Positions 8,658 to 17,723 of a DNA stretch of 64,000 nucleotides are shown here, in pieces; position 1 is the first letter of the stretch; each line of letters starts with the position of its first letter. Source of the stretch: Hyalangium minutum. GTDB lineage: Bacteria; Myxococcota; Myxococcia; Myxococcales; Myxococcaceae. The notes beneath the pieces were generated by a model, which saw only the letters and a program-made list of their open reading frames with translations, had not been told where the DNA came from and did no database searches. The stretch spans positions 181,119 to 245,118 of the forward strand of contig NZ_JMCB01000028.1 in NCBI RefSeq assembly GCF_000737315.1. The letters run 5' to 3'. The translations under genes and the position numbers were made by a program.

Positions 8658-9724
8658 CGACCCCCGACCGGCAGGGCGAAGCCATCCTCGAGGCGCAGGG
8701 CCTCAGCAAATACTTCCAGGTCGGTGGGGGCTTCTTCAGGACGAAGCAGCTGCGAGCCCTCCATGAAGTCTCTTTTGCGCTGGGGCAGCGGCAGGTGGTC
8801 GCGCTCGTCGGCGAGTCCGGCAGCGGCAAGAGCACGATCGCGCGGGTGCTCGTGCGGCTGTTCGAGCCGTCCTCCGGGAAGATCCTCTTCCGGGGTCGGG
8901 ACGTCCTCCAGGAGGAGCCTCGGCAGGCTTCGCTCGCCTACCGGTCGCAGGTGCAGATGATCTTCCAGGATCCGTTCGGTTCGCTGAACCCGGTCCACAC
9001 CATCGGCAACCACCTGGAGAGGCCCCTGCTCCTCCACGGGAAAGCCAAGGGCGCCGGCGAGCTCAAAGACCGCGTGGCGGAGTTGCTCGAGACCGTGGAG
9101 CTGAAGCCAGGCGCCGAGATCGCGACCCGCTACCCTCACCAGCTCTCGGGCGGGCAGAGGCAGCGCGTGGCGATTGCCCGGGCGCTGGCGCCGGGCCCCT
9201 CCGTCATCCTGGCGGATGAGCCGATCTCCATGCTCGACGTGTCGATCCGCGTCGGCGTGCTGAACCTGATGGAGCGCCTCAAGGAGGAGCACGGCATCTC
9301 CTATCTGTACATCACGCATGACATCGCCAGCGCGCGCTACTTCGCGGACCGGACGATGGTGATGTACGCGGGCCACATCGTAGAGGGTGCGCCGAGCGAG
9401 GAGCTGATGCAGCAGCCCGCGCACCCCTACACGCAGCTCCTGCTCTCCGCGGTGCCGGATCCGAACGGCTCGATGACGACCGAGCTGAAGGCGAAGTCCG
9501 GCGCGCCCAAGCTGATCGATCCGCCGCCCGGCTGCCCGTTCGCCGACCGGTGCCCGAACGCCATGCCCGTGTGCCGCCGGGAGATGCCGGGTACGACTCA
9601 GCTCGGCAAGGACCGCTGGGTGCGGTGCCACCTGTACGGGCTGGGCGCGGCATCCTTGCCTCTGGGAACGTCCGAGCTGAGCGCCATGGCCGCCAAGAGC
9701 GCGGTCCAGGGGGCAGCCTCATGA
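8654..9724 (+). CDS. ABC transporter ATP-binding protein (OppF/DppF-like)
   Basis: GESGSGKS, LSGGQRQR, ILADEP, CPFADRC tail; ATGA overlaps at both ends. Confidence 0.95.
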   Translation: MTTPDRQGEAILEAQGLSKYFQVGGGFFRTKQLRALHEVSFALGQRQVVALVGESGSGKSTIARVLVRLFEPSSGKILFRGRDVLQEEPRQASLAYRSQVQMIFQDPFGSLNPVHTIGNHLERPLLLHGKAKGAGELKDRVAELLETVELKPGAEIATRYPHQLSGGQRQRVAIARALAPGPSVILADEPISMLDVSIRVGVLNLMERLKEEHGISYLYITHDIASARYFADRTMVMYAGHIVEGAPSEELMQQPAHPYTQLLLSAVPDPNGSMTTELKAKSGAPKLIDPPPGCPFADRCPNAMPVCRREMPGTTQLGKDRWVRCHLYGLGAASLPLGTSELSAMAAKSAVQGAAS

Positions 9725-11097
9725 GCGGGCTCATCCACTTCCCCCTCGGGTTCGCCTGGGGAGCCGCCACCTCCTCCTACCAGATCGAAGGCGCGGCCCT
9801 GGAGGATGGACGCGGTGAGTCCATCTGGGACCGCTTCTCGAAGACGCCGGGCAAGGTGGAGGACGGGACGAACGGCGATGTCGCCTGCGACCACTACCAC
9901 CGCTTCCGCGAAGACGTCGCGCTGATGAAGCGCCTGGGCATCAAGCACTACCGCTTCTCGGTGGCGTGGCCCCGCATCCTCCCCACGGGGCGTCAGAAGG
10001 TGAATCAGGCCGGCTTGGACTTCTATGGCCGCCTGGTGGACACACTGCTCGAGGCGGGCATCGAGCCCTACGCGACGCTGTACCACTGGGACCTGCCCCA
10101 GGTGCTCCAGGATGAGGGCGGCTGGGCCCGGCGGCCCGTCGTCGAGGCGTTCGTCGAGTACTCGCGCATCGTCGCGCGCGCCCTCGGCGACCGCGTCAAG
10201 AAGTGGATCACCCACAACGAGCCCTGGTGCACGAGCATGCTCGGCTATCAGGAGGGCCGCCACGCGCCTGGGCTGAAGGACTGGAGCGCGGCGCTCGCCG
10301 CGAGCCATCACGTGCTCTTGTCGCACGGGCTCGCCGTCCCCGTCATCCGCTCGGAGAGCCCGGGAGCCGAGGTGGGCATCACCCTGAACCTGACGCCCGC
10401 CGAGCCCGCGTCGCCCAGCGCGGCGGACCACGACGCGTCCCGGCACTTCGACGGCTTCTTCAACCGCTGGTTCCTCGACCCCGTGTTCGGGCGCCACTAC
10501 CCGGCCGACATGGTCGCCGACTACATCGCGGCGGGACACCTGCCGCCCGAGGGGCTCACCTTCGTTCAGCCCGGGGACCTCGAGGCCATCGCGGCGAAGT
10601 GCGACTTCCTGGGCATCAACTACTACTCGCGCGCGGTCCTCCGGAACGGCAAGGTGCCGGAGGAGAAGAACGAGCCCCGCACGGTGCACGTTGCGCCCGA
10701 GCGGGAGTGGACCGACATGGGCTGGGAGGTCCACTCCGATGGCCTCCGGGAGCTCCTGCTGCGGATCCACCTCGATTACCGGCCACGGAAGATCTACGTG
10801 ACGGAGAACGGGGCGAGCTACGCGACCCCTCCCAATGCGGAGGGACGGGTGCCGGATGAGCAGCGGCTCACGTTCCTGCGAGACCACTTCCTCGCGGCCC
10901 GCCGCGCGATGGACGGGGGCGTCCCGTTGGCCGGCTACTTCGTGTGGTCGCTCATGGACAACTTCGAGTGGGACCGCGGCTACTCCCAGCGGTTCGGTAT
11001 CGTGTGGGTGGATTACCGGACCCAGCAGCGCATCGCCAAAGACAGCGCGCTCTGGTACCAGCGCGTCATCAGCGAGAATGCGGTGCCGGTGCCCTGA
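9721..11097 (+). CDS. GH1 beta-glucosidase (cytoplasmic)
   Basis: FAWGAATSSYQIEG, TLYHWDLP, THNEP (acid/base), YVTENG (nucleophile), DNFEW. Confidence 0.95.
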   Translation: MSGLIHFPLGFAWGAATSSYQIEGAALEDGRGESIWDRFSKTPGKVEDGTNGDVACDHYHRFREDVALMKRLGIKHYRFSVAWPRILPTGRQKVNQAGLDFYGRLVDTLLEAGIEPYATLYHWDLPQVLQDEGGWARRPVVEAFVEYSRIVARALGDRVKKWITHNEPWCTSMLGYQEGRHAPGLKDWSAALAASHHVLLSHGLAVPVIRSESPGAEVGITLNLTPAEPASPSAADHDASRHFDGFFNRWFLDPVFGRHYPADMVADYIAAGHLPPEGLTFVQPGDLEAIAAKCDFLGINYYSRAVLRNGKVPEEKNEPRTVHVAPEREWTDMGWEVHSDGLRELLLRIHLDYRPRKIYVTENGASYATPPNAEGRVPDEQRLTFLRDHFLAARRAMDGGVPLAGYFVWSLMDNFEWDRGYSQRFGIVWVDYRTQQRIAKDSALWYQRVISENAVPVP

Positions 11098-11130
11098 GCC
11101 CGGCCCGCCGCCCACACGAGGACCTCTGAC

Positions 11131-13440
11131 ATGTCCGAACAGTCCAAAGACCACAACGCACGAGCGCGGGAGCTGGTGTCTCAGATGACGCTGGAGGAGA
11201 AGGCGCTGCTCCTGTCTGGCAATGGCGCGTGGAGGACCCACGCGATCGAGCGGCTGGGCCTGCCCTCCATCTTCATGGCGGATGGTCCTCACGGGCTCCG
11301 GAAGTCGCTGGGAGCCAGCGTCGCGGAGAGCGTCCCCGCGACCTGCTTCCCCACGGGCTCCGCGCTGGCCTCCTCCTGGGACACGGAGCTGGTCCGGCAG
11401 GTGGGCGCCGCCCTGGCCAAGGAGTGCCAGGCCAACGACGTGCAGCTGGTGCTGGGACCGGGCATCAACATGAAGCGCTCTCCCCTGGGCGGGCGCAACT
11501 TCGAGTACTTCTCCGAGGACCCCGTGCTGACGGGCCACCTGGCGGCGGCCTACATCCAGGGCGTCCAGGGCGAGGGCGTGGGCACCTCCCTCAAGCACTT
11601 CGCGGTGAACAACCAGGAGTTCGAGAGGATGATGAGCGACTCCATCCTCGACGAGCGCACGCTGCGAGAGATCTACCTGCCGGCCTTCGAGATCGCCGTC
11701 ACCCAGGCCCAGCCCTGGTCGGTGATGTGCTCGTACAACAAGGTGAATGGGGTCTACGCCTCCGAGAACCCCTTCCTGCTGGAGGACATCCTCCGCAAGG
11801 AGTGGGGCTTCGAGGGCTTCGTCGTGTCGGACTGGGGCGCCGTGCACGATCGCGTGAAGGGCGTCCTGTCGGGGCTGAACCTGGAGATGCCCGGCAGCGG
11901 TGACGTCAATCGCAAGAAGATCATCGAGGCCGCTCAAGCGGGACAGCTGCCCATCTCACGTCTGGACGAGGTGGTGACGTCGCTGGTCGCCGTGGTGCTC
12001 AAGGCCTCGGAGCACCGCCGGTCTGGGGCTCGCGCCGACCTCAACCAGCACCACGCCCTGGCGAGGCGGGTGGCGGGCGAGAGCGTCATCCTCCTGAAGA
12101 ACGAGGATCACCTCCTGCCCCTGAACGTGAGCGCGAAGAAGAAGATCGCCGTGATTGGCGCCTTCGCCAAGGAGCCTCGCTACCAGGGCGCGGGCAGCTC
12201 GCAGGTGAACCCGACCCGCATCTCCAATGCCTATGACGAGCTGGCGGCCATCCTGGGTGGGAGCGAGCGCCTCAGCTACGCGAGCGGCTACGACGTGGAG
12301 GGCGAGACCACCGCGCAGCTGCTCGACGAGGCGCGGCAGCAGGCGCGCGATGCGGACGTGGCCATCGTCTTCGCCGGGCTGCCGGACAGCCACGAGTCCG
12401 AGGGCTTCGACCGCTCCAGCCTGGAGATGCCCGAGGGGCACAACCGGCTGATCGATGTGGTGACCCAGGCCCAGCCCAACACAGTGGTGGTGTTGATGAA
12501 CGGCTCCGCCGTCACCCTGCCCTGGGTGAACCGGGTGAAGGCCATTCTGGAGAGCTATCTGACGGGCCAGGCGGGCGGAGGCGCCATCGCCGACATCCTG
12601 ACCGGCCGGATCAACCCCTCGGCGAAGCTGGCGGAGACCTTCCCCCAGCGGCTGCAGGACACGCCCACCGCCACCGAGTTCCCTGGTCTCAACCAGAAGG
12701 CCCACTACGGCGAAGGCGTCTTCATCGGCTACCGGTACTACGACAAGAAGGACCTCGAGCCGCTGTTCCCGTTCGGCTTTGGGCTGAGCTACACCACGTT
12801 CGCCTACTCGGACCTGACCCTCGGCGCCGCGTCCATCAAGGACACTGGCAGCCTGACCGTGCAGCTGAAGGTGAAGAACACGGGCAAGCTCGCGGGCAAG
12901 GAAGTCGTCCAGCTCTACGTCCGCGAGGAGAAGCCCGCGGTCAGCCGCCCGGAGAAGGAGCTTAAGGCCTTCGCCAAGGTGTCGCTCGAGCCCGGCGAGG
13001 AGAAGACGGTCAGCTTCACGCTGAAGCCCCGGGACTTCGCCTCCTTCGACGCCGCGCTCCGCCGCTGGTCCGTCAACCCGGGCCGGTTCGAGATCCTCGC
13101 CGGCAGCTCCTCCCGGGACCTGCCCCTGCGAAAGCAGGTCCAGGTGGAAGCGACCCAGGTGACCTTCCCCAAGCTGACGCGCGAGTCCATGGTGAAGGAG
13201 TTCAAGAATCACCCCAAGGGCGAGGCGTTCTACTCGCGGCTGGCCAAGGTCATCATGGGCGAGCCGTCCCCGGACGCGGGCCAGGTGAAGCGCACACCCC
13301 AGGAAGAGCGCGCCCGGAAGAAGGCCGATCTGTCGACGCTCGTGTTCGTCAATGACATGCCCGTCTACAAGCTGGTGAACTTCTCCGAGGGCAAGTTCAC
13401 CGAGCAGATGCTGAACGACATCCTGGCTCAAGTTCAGTAG
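11131..13440 (+). CDS. GH3 beta-glucosidase with Fn3-like domain (cytoplasmic)
   Basis: MTLEEK, DGPHGLR, GGRNFEYFSEDP, KHF, VVSDWG nucleophile, PLFPFGFGLSYT. Confidence 0.95.
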   Translation: MSEQSKDHNARARELVSQMTLEEKALLLSGNGAWRTHAIERLGLPSIFMADGPHGLRKSLGASVAESVPATCFPTGSALASSWDTELVRQVGAALAKECQANDVQLVLGPGINMKRSPLGGRNFEYFSEDPVLTGHLAAAYIQGVQGEGVGTSLKHFAVNNQEFERMMSDSILDERTLREIYLPAFEIAVTQAQPWSVMCSYNKVNGVYASENPFLLEDILRKEWGFEGFVVSDWGAVHDRVKGVLSGLNLEMPGSGDVNRKKIIEAAQAGQLPISRLDEVVTSLVAVVLKASEHRRSGARADLNQHHALARRVAGESVILLKNEDHLLPLNVSAKKKIAVIGAFAKEPRYQGAGSSQVNPTRISNAYDELAAILGGSERLSYASGYDVEGETTAQLLDEARQQARDADVAIVFAGLPDSHESEGFDRSSLEMPEGHNRLIDVVTQAQPNTVVVLMNGSAVTLPWVNRVKAILESYLTGQAGGGAIADILTGRINPSAKLAETFPQRLQDTPTATEFPGLNQKAHYGEGVFIGYRYYDKKDLEPLFPFGFGLSYTTFAYSDLTLGAASIKDTGSLTVQLKVKNTGKLAGKEVVQLYVREEKPAVSRPEKELKAFAKVSLEPGEEKTVSFTLKPRDFASFDAALRRWSVNPGRFEILAGSSSRDLPLRKQVQVEATQVTFPKLTRESMVKEFKNHPKGEAFYSRLAKVIMGEPSPDAGQVKRTPQEERARKKADLSTLVFVNDMPVYKLVNFSEGKFTEQMLNDILAQVQ

Positions 13441-13457
13441 GCCAAGCCCTGCCCACC

Positions 13458-13471
13458 TGAAAGCGCATTCA
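13458..13471. promoter_or_regulatory. LacI-type operator (distal site of GH55 promoter)
   Basis: TGAAAGCGCATTCA, one mismatch from the perfect palindrome at 24826. Confidence 0.65.
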
Positions 13472-13560
13472 TGAATCAGGCGGGTTTGCGGGCCCCAACA
13501 AGGCCTGCTGTGTCTCATTGCGTCATTTGACGCATAAAGCCATACAACTCTTAGCGGAAA

Positions 13561-13587
13561 TTGAGAGCGCCACTGTCGCGCTCTCAA
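13561..13587. promoter_or_regulatory. Perfect inverted repeat made of two operator half-sites
   Basis: TTGAGAGCGC-cactgtc-GCGCTCTCAA (10-bp arms, 7-nt spacer). Confidence 0.65.
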
Positions 13588-13620
13588 CGCTTTTGCGCTC
13601 GTGGCATGAAAACGCCGAGA

Positions 13621-13644
13621 TTTTTGAAAGCGCTCTCAAAAATT
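13621..13644. promoter_or_regulatory. LacI-type operator (proximal site of GH55 promoter)
   Basis: TTTTTGAAAGCGCTCTCAAAAATT; 13624-13644 is the exact reverse complement of 3966-3986. Confidence 0.8.
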
Positions 13645-13820
13645 GCTTTACTCTCCGAGTAATCGGCTCTACATATGTATTTAGGGTGCCCGGTGTTTCC
13701 AAAGGCAGACGGGCGCCTCTGACGCAACGCACCACAATCTGAGCCTCAGCCGACGCGGAGCTCCCAAGAGTCCTGGGAGCCAACGGGATGCGTGCGCCTT
13801 TCGTTCACGGGAGGAAAACA

Positions 13821-16301
13821 ATGATCAGGAAAATGGCATCAACGGTCTCCGCGTTGGCTACCGCGGCAACGTTGTGTTCGACGTATCCGAGCACGGCTCA
13901 TGCGGTACCGGTCTCCGAGGCGACCACGACGATCTTCGGTCCGAAGGTCTATGTCTTTGACCCGACCATGCCGGCGGCGGACATCCAATCCGCCGCCACC
14001 TCCATCTTCACGCAGCTGGAGGCCGCCGAGTTCAGCACCCAGCGCTATGCGCTGCTCTTCAAGCCGGGCACATACAACGTCACCTTCAACGTCGGCTTCT
14101 ACACGCACGTCGCGGGCCTGGGACAGCACCCCGACAACGTGACCATCAACGGCGGCGTGAACGTCAACGCCGACTGGGACAACGGCAACGCCACCCGCAA
14201 CTTCTGGCGCGCCATCGAGAACCTGTCGGTCACCCCCACGGGCGGCACGACGCAGATCGCCGTCTCCCAGGCCGCGCCGCTCCGCCGCCTGCACGTCCGT
14301 GGCGAGCTCCACCTGTTCGACTTTGACTCGAACTGGAATGCCGGCTGGGCCAGCGGTGGCTTCCTGGCGGACTCCGTCGTCGATGGCCTGGTCGTCCCGG
14401 CCTCGCAGCAGCAGTGGTTCTCGCGCAACAGCAGCTGGGGTGGCTGGAACAACGCCGTGTGGAACATGGTGTTCGTGGGCAGCCTCAACACGCCCTCGGC
14501 CGCCACCTTCCCGGAGCCGCCCTACACGGTCGTCCCCCAGACGCCGATCATCCGCGAGAAGCCCTACCTCTACATCAGCAACGCCGGCACCTATAACGTC
14601 TTCGTCCCGGCGCTCCAGACGAACACCCAGGGCGTCAGCTGGTCCGCGGGCAACACGCCGGGCACGTCCATCTCGATCGATCAGTTCTACATCGCTCGCC
14701 CGGAGACGGCCACGGCCGCCACCCTCAACACGGCGCTGAGCCAGGGCAAGCACCTGCTGTTCACCCCCGGCATCTACCAGCTCAACGACACCATCCAGGT
14801 GAACAACCCCAACACCGTCGTCCTGGGCATTGGCCTGGCCACCCTGATCCCCACCACTGGGAAGGCGGCCCTGGCGGTCGCCGACGTGGATGGCGTGAAG
14901 ATCGCGGGGCTGACGTTCGATGCCGGTCCGGTGAACTCTCCCAGCGTTCTCGAGGTCGGCCCCACGGGCAGCTCGGCCAACCACTCGGCCAACCCGACCT
15001 CCTTGCATGACATCACGGTGCGCATCGGTGGCGGGACCAACGGCAAGTGCGATGTCGGTATCAAGATCAACAGCAACCACGTCATCGGCGACCACTTCTG
15101 GCTGTGGCGCGCGGACCACGGGGCGGGCGCGGCCTGGACGTCCAACGTCTCCAAGAACGGCCTGATCGTGAACGGCGCCAACGTGACGCTGTATGGCCTC
15201 TTCAACGAGCACCACAACGAGTACCAGACGGTGTGGAACGGCAACGGGGGCCGCCTCTACTTCTACCAGTCCGAGATCCCCTACGACGTCCCCAACCAGG
15301 CGTCGTGGATGAGCCGCAGCGGCACGGTGAACGGCTACGCCTCGTACAAGATCGCGGACACGGTGAGCACGCACGAGGCCTGGGGCATGGGTGTGTACTC
15401 CTACTTCCGGGACGCGGCCGTGAAGCTGAACAGCGCCATCGAGGCCCCCAACGCCTCGGGCGTGAAGATCCACCACATGACGACCATCTGGCTGAACGGC
15501 ATCGCCGGCAGCGAGATCACCCACCTGGTCAACAACACCGGTGGCCGCGTCTATGCCAACACCCCCGCCGAGGCCATGCGGCAGACCGTCTCCGAGTACC
15601 AGGGCAGCGCCGCGACCGACACCCAGGCGCCGACCGCTCCTTCGGGCCTGACGGCTACCGCCGTGTCGAGCAGCCAGATCAACCTGAGCTGGAGCGCCTC
15701 GACGGACAACGTGGGCGTCACGGGCTACGACGTCTTCCGCTCCGGTACGTTGATTGCCTCGACGGTGGGGACTTCGTACAGCAACACGGGGCTGGCGGCC
15801 TCGACGGTGTACAGCTACACGGTCAAGGCCAAGGATGCGGCGGGCAACGTCTCGGCCGCCAGCAACACCGCCAGCGCCACCACCCAGTCGGGCGGCGGCG
15901 GCACGGGCGCGGCGCTCTCGCGCACGGGCTGGACAGCTTCTTCCACGCCGTCGAGCGGCGAGCCCGCGTCGAACCTGCTGGATGGCAGCATGGCCACGCG
16001 CTGGACCACGGGCTCGCCGATGGCCGCTGGCCAGGCGCTCATCGTCGACATGCAGGCGGTGAAGTCCTTCAACAAGATCGTCATGGACTCCACCGGCAGC
16101 GACGGGGATTACGCCCGTGGCTATGAGGTGTACGTGTCGAATGACGGGAGCACCTGGGGCAGCGTGGTCGCCAGCGGCACGGGCACCGGGCCGGTCATCA
16201 CCGTGACCTTCTCGGCGCGCAACGCCCGCTACATCCGGGTGGTGCAGACCGGCTCGAACTCGTCGTGGTGGTCGATGCGCGAGTTCAACGTGTACTTCTA
16301 G
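13821..16301 (+). CDS. Secreted GH55 exo-beta-1,3-glucanase (bacterial SacteLam55A-like) + Fn3 + CBM32
   Basis: RBS GGAGG; signal peptide; RYALLFKPGTY, NATRNFWRAIENL, GLFNEH (catalytic Glu), HEAWGMGVY; Fn3 DTQAPTAPSGL; F5/8 RWTTG...WSMREF. Confidence 0.85.
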   Translation: MIRKMASTVSALATAATLCSTYPSTAHAVPVSEATTTIFGPKVYVFDPTMPAADIQSAATSIFTQLEAAEFSTQRYALLFKPGTYNVTFNVGFYTHVAGLGQHPDNVTINGGVNVNADWDNGNATRNFWRAIENLSVTPTGGTTQIAVSQAAPLRRLHVRGELHLFDFDSNWNAGWASGGFLADSVVDGLVVPASQQQWFSRNSSWGGWNNAVWNMVFVGSLNTPSAATFPEPPYTVVPQTPIIREKPYLYISNAGTYNVFVPALQTNTQGVSWSAGNTPGTSISIDQFYIARPETATAATLNTALSQGKHLLFTPGIYQLNDTIQVNNPNTVVLGIGLATLIPTTGKAALAVADVDGVKIAGLTFDAGPVNSPSVLEVGPTGSSANHSANPTSLHDITVRIGGGTNGKCDVGIKINSNHVIGDHFWLWRADHGAGAAWTSNVSKNGLIVNGANVTLYGLFNEHHNEYQTVWNGNGGRLYFYQSEIPYDVPNQASWMSRSGTVNGYASYKIADTVSTHEAWGMGVYSYFRDAAVKLNSAIEAPNASGVKIHHMTTIWLNGIAGSEITHLVNNTGGRVYANTPAEAMRQTVSEYQGSAATDTQAPTAPSGLTATAVSSSQINLSWSASTDNVGVTGYDVFRSGTLIASTVGTSYSNTGLAASTVYSYTVKAKDAAGNVSAASNTASATTQSGGGGTGAALSRTGWTASSTPSSGEPASNLLDGSMATRWTTGSPMAAGQALIVDMQAVKSFNKIVMDSTGSDGDYARGYEVYVSNDGSTWGSVVASGTGTGPVITVTFSARNARYIRVVQTGSNSSWWSMREFNVYF

Positions 16302-16342
16302 AGCAACGTCTCCGCAGCACGCCGTAACACAGCAGTAGACCG

Positions 16343-16384
16343 AGGGCCGGGTGTGGCAATGGATCGCCACCCCGGCCCTTTTTC
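16343..16384 (+). terminator. Intrinsic terminator-like hairpin between GH55 and GH128
   Basis: AGGGCCGGG-T-GTGGC / GCCAC-CCCGGCCCT followed by a T run. Confidence 0.7.
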
Positions 16385-16407
16385 ATTCGCTGAACGAGGG
16401 CCGTGAC

Positions 16408-17628
16408 ATGAAAAGACTGGGAATCTTCATCCTGTTGTTTGCCGCGTTCCATGCCGCCGAGGCGCAGACCAAGAGCCCCAAGCGGGGCCTGGGCTACGGG
16501 TACCACTCAGCGCAAGACATGCAGGCGCTCTCCCGAGGCATGAGCTGGTGGTACAACTGGTCTCCCACGCCCGAGGCGGGAGCTGCGGGCGTCTACCAGT
16601 CGGCGGGGGTGGCCTTTGTCCCCATGGTCTGGGGCGGCACCCCGAATGCCGACCAACTGGCGGCCTCCATCCCTGCGGGCACGCAGTACCTGCTGGGCTT
16701 CAATGAGCCCAATTTCCGGAGCCAGGCCAACATGACGCCGAGCCGGGCCGCGCAGCTGTGGCCCATTTTGGAAGACGTCGCCCGGCGCAAGGGCCTGAAG
16801 CTGGTGGCCCCCGCAGTGAACTACTGCGGCGACTGCGTCTCGGAGGGAGGCGTCACCTTCTCCGATCCCGTCACCTACCTGGATGCGTTCTTCGCCGCCT
16901 GCCCGAGCTGCCAGGTCGATTACATCGCGGTCCACTGGTACGCGTGCGACCTCGGGGCGCTCCAGTGGTACATCGGGCTCTTCAAGAAGTACAACAAGCC
17001 CATCTGGCTCACCGAGTTCGCGTGCGGAGACCGCCCGCACGATCAGATCACCCTGGCGCTCCAGAAGCAGTACATGACGGACGCGGTGAACTACCTGGAG
17101 AACGAGCCCGCTGTCTTCCGCTACGCCTGGTTCTCCGGCCGCAACAACGAGATCCCCAACATCAACCTCTTGGGGAACTCCGGGCAGCTCACGGAGCTGG
17201 GGCAGCTCTATGTCAGCCTGCCGTTCGCAGGCACCTCGAGCGGCCGCCTGACGCCGGTCTCGGCGGTCTCCTCCTCCAGTGAGAGCAACGGCACGCTCCC
17301 GGGCAATGCCATTGACGGGAACCTGAGCACGCGGTGGAGCAGCACTTTCTCTGATCCGCAGTACCTCCTGCTGGACTTCGGCTCCACCAAGAGCTTCTCG
17401 CGCGTGAAGCTGACCTGGGAGGCCGCCTACGGCAAGGACTACCAGATCCAGGTCTCCAACAACCTCTCCTCGTGGACCTCGATCAAATCGGTCGTCAACG
17501 GGGATGGTGGTGTGGATGACCTCACCGGGCTGTCCGGCTCTGGCCGGTACCTGCGGATCTACGGGACCCGCCGGGCCACGGGCTACGGCTACTCCCTCTA
17601 TGAAGTGGAGGTGTACGGCACTCCGTAA
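16408..17628 (+). CDS. Secreted GH128 beta-1,3-glucanase + CBM32
   Basis: Signal peptide MKRLGIFILLFAAFHAAEA; WWYNW, LLGFNEP, IAVHWY, IWLTEF, RYAWF; C-terminal F5/8 domain. Confidence 0.85.
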   Translation: MKRLGIFILLFAAFHAAEAQTKSPKRGLGYGYHSAQDMQALSRGMSWWYNWSPTPEAGAAGVYQSAGVAFVPMVWGGTPNADQLAASIPAGTQYLLGFNEPNFRSQANMTPSRAAQLWPILEDVARRKGLKLVAPAVNYCGDCVSEGGVTFSDPVTYLDAFFAACPSCQVDYIAVHWYACDLGALQWYIGLFKKYNKPIWLTEFACGDRPHDQITLALQKQYMTDAVNYLENEPAVFRYAWFSGRNNEIPNINLLGNSGQLTELGQLYVSLPFAGTSSGRLTPVSAVSSSSESNGTLPGNAIDGNLSTRWSSTFSDPQYLLLDFGSTKSFSRVKLTWEAAYGKDYQIQVSNNLSSWTSIKSVVNGDGGVDDLTGLSGSGRYLRIYGTRRATGYGYSLYEVEVYGTP

Positions 17629-17666
17629 GTGAAGCCCGGAGAGTCAGAGGGACCCCTGAAAACACC

Positions 17667-17704
17667 GCGGCCGGCTCCTCGTGAGAGGGGCCGGCCGCTT
17701 TCTT
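17667..17704. terminator. Hairpin between convergent GH128 and GH3 genes
   Basis: GCGGCCGGCTCCTC-GTGA-GAGGGGCCGGCCGC then TTTCTT. Confidence 0.75.
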
Positions 17705-17723
17705 CCTGCTGCTGTTGCCCGGG

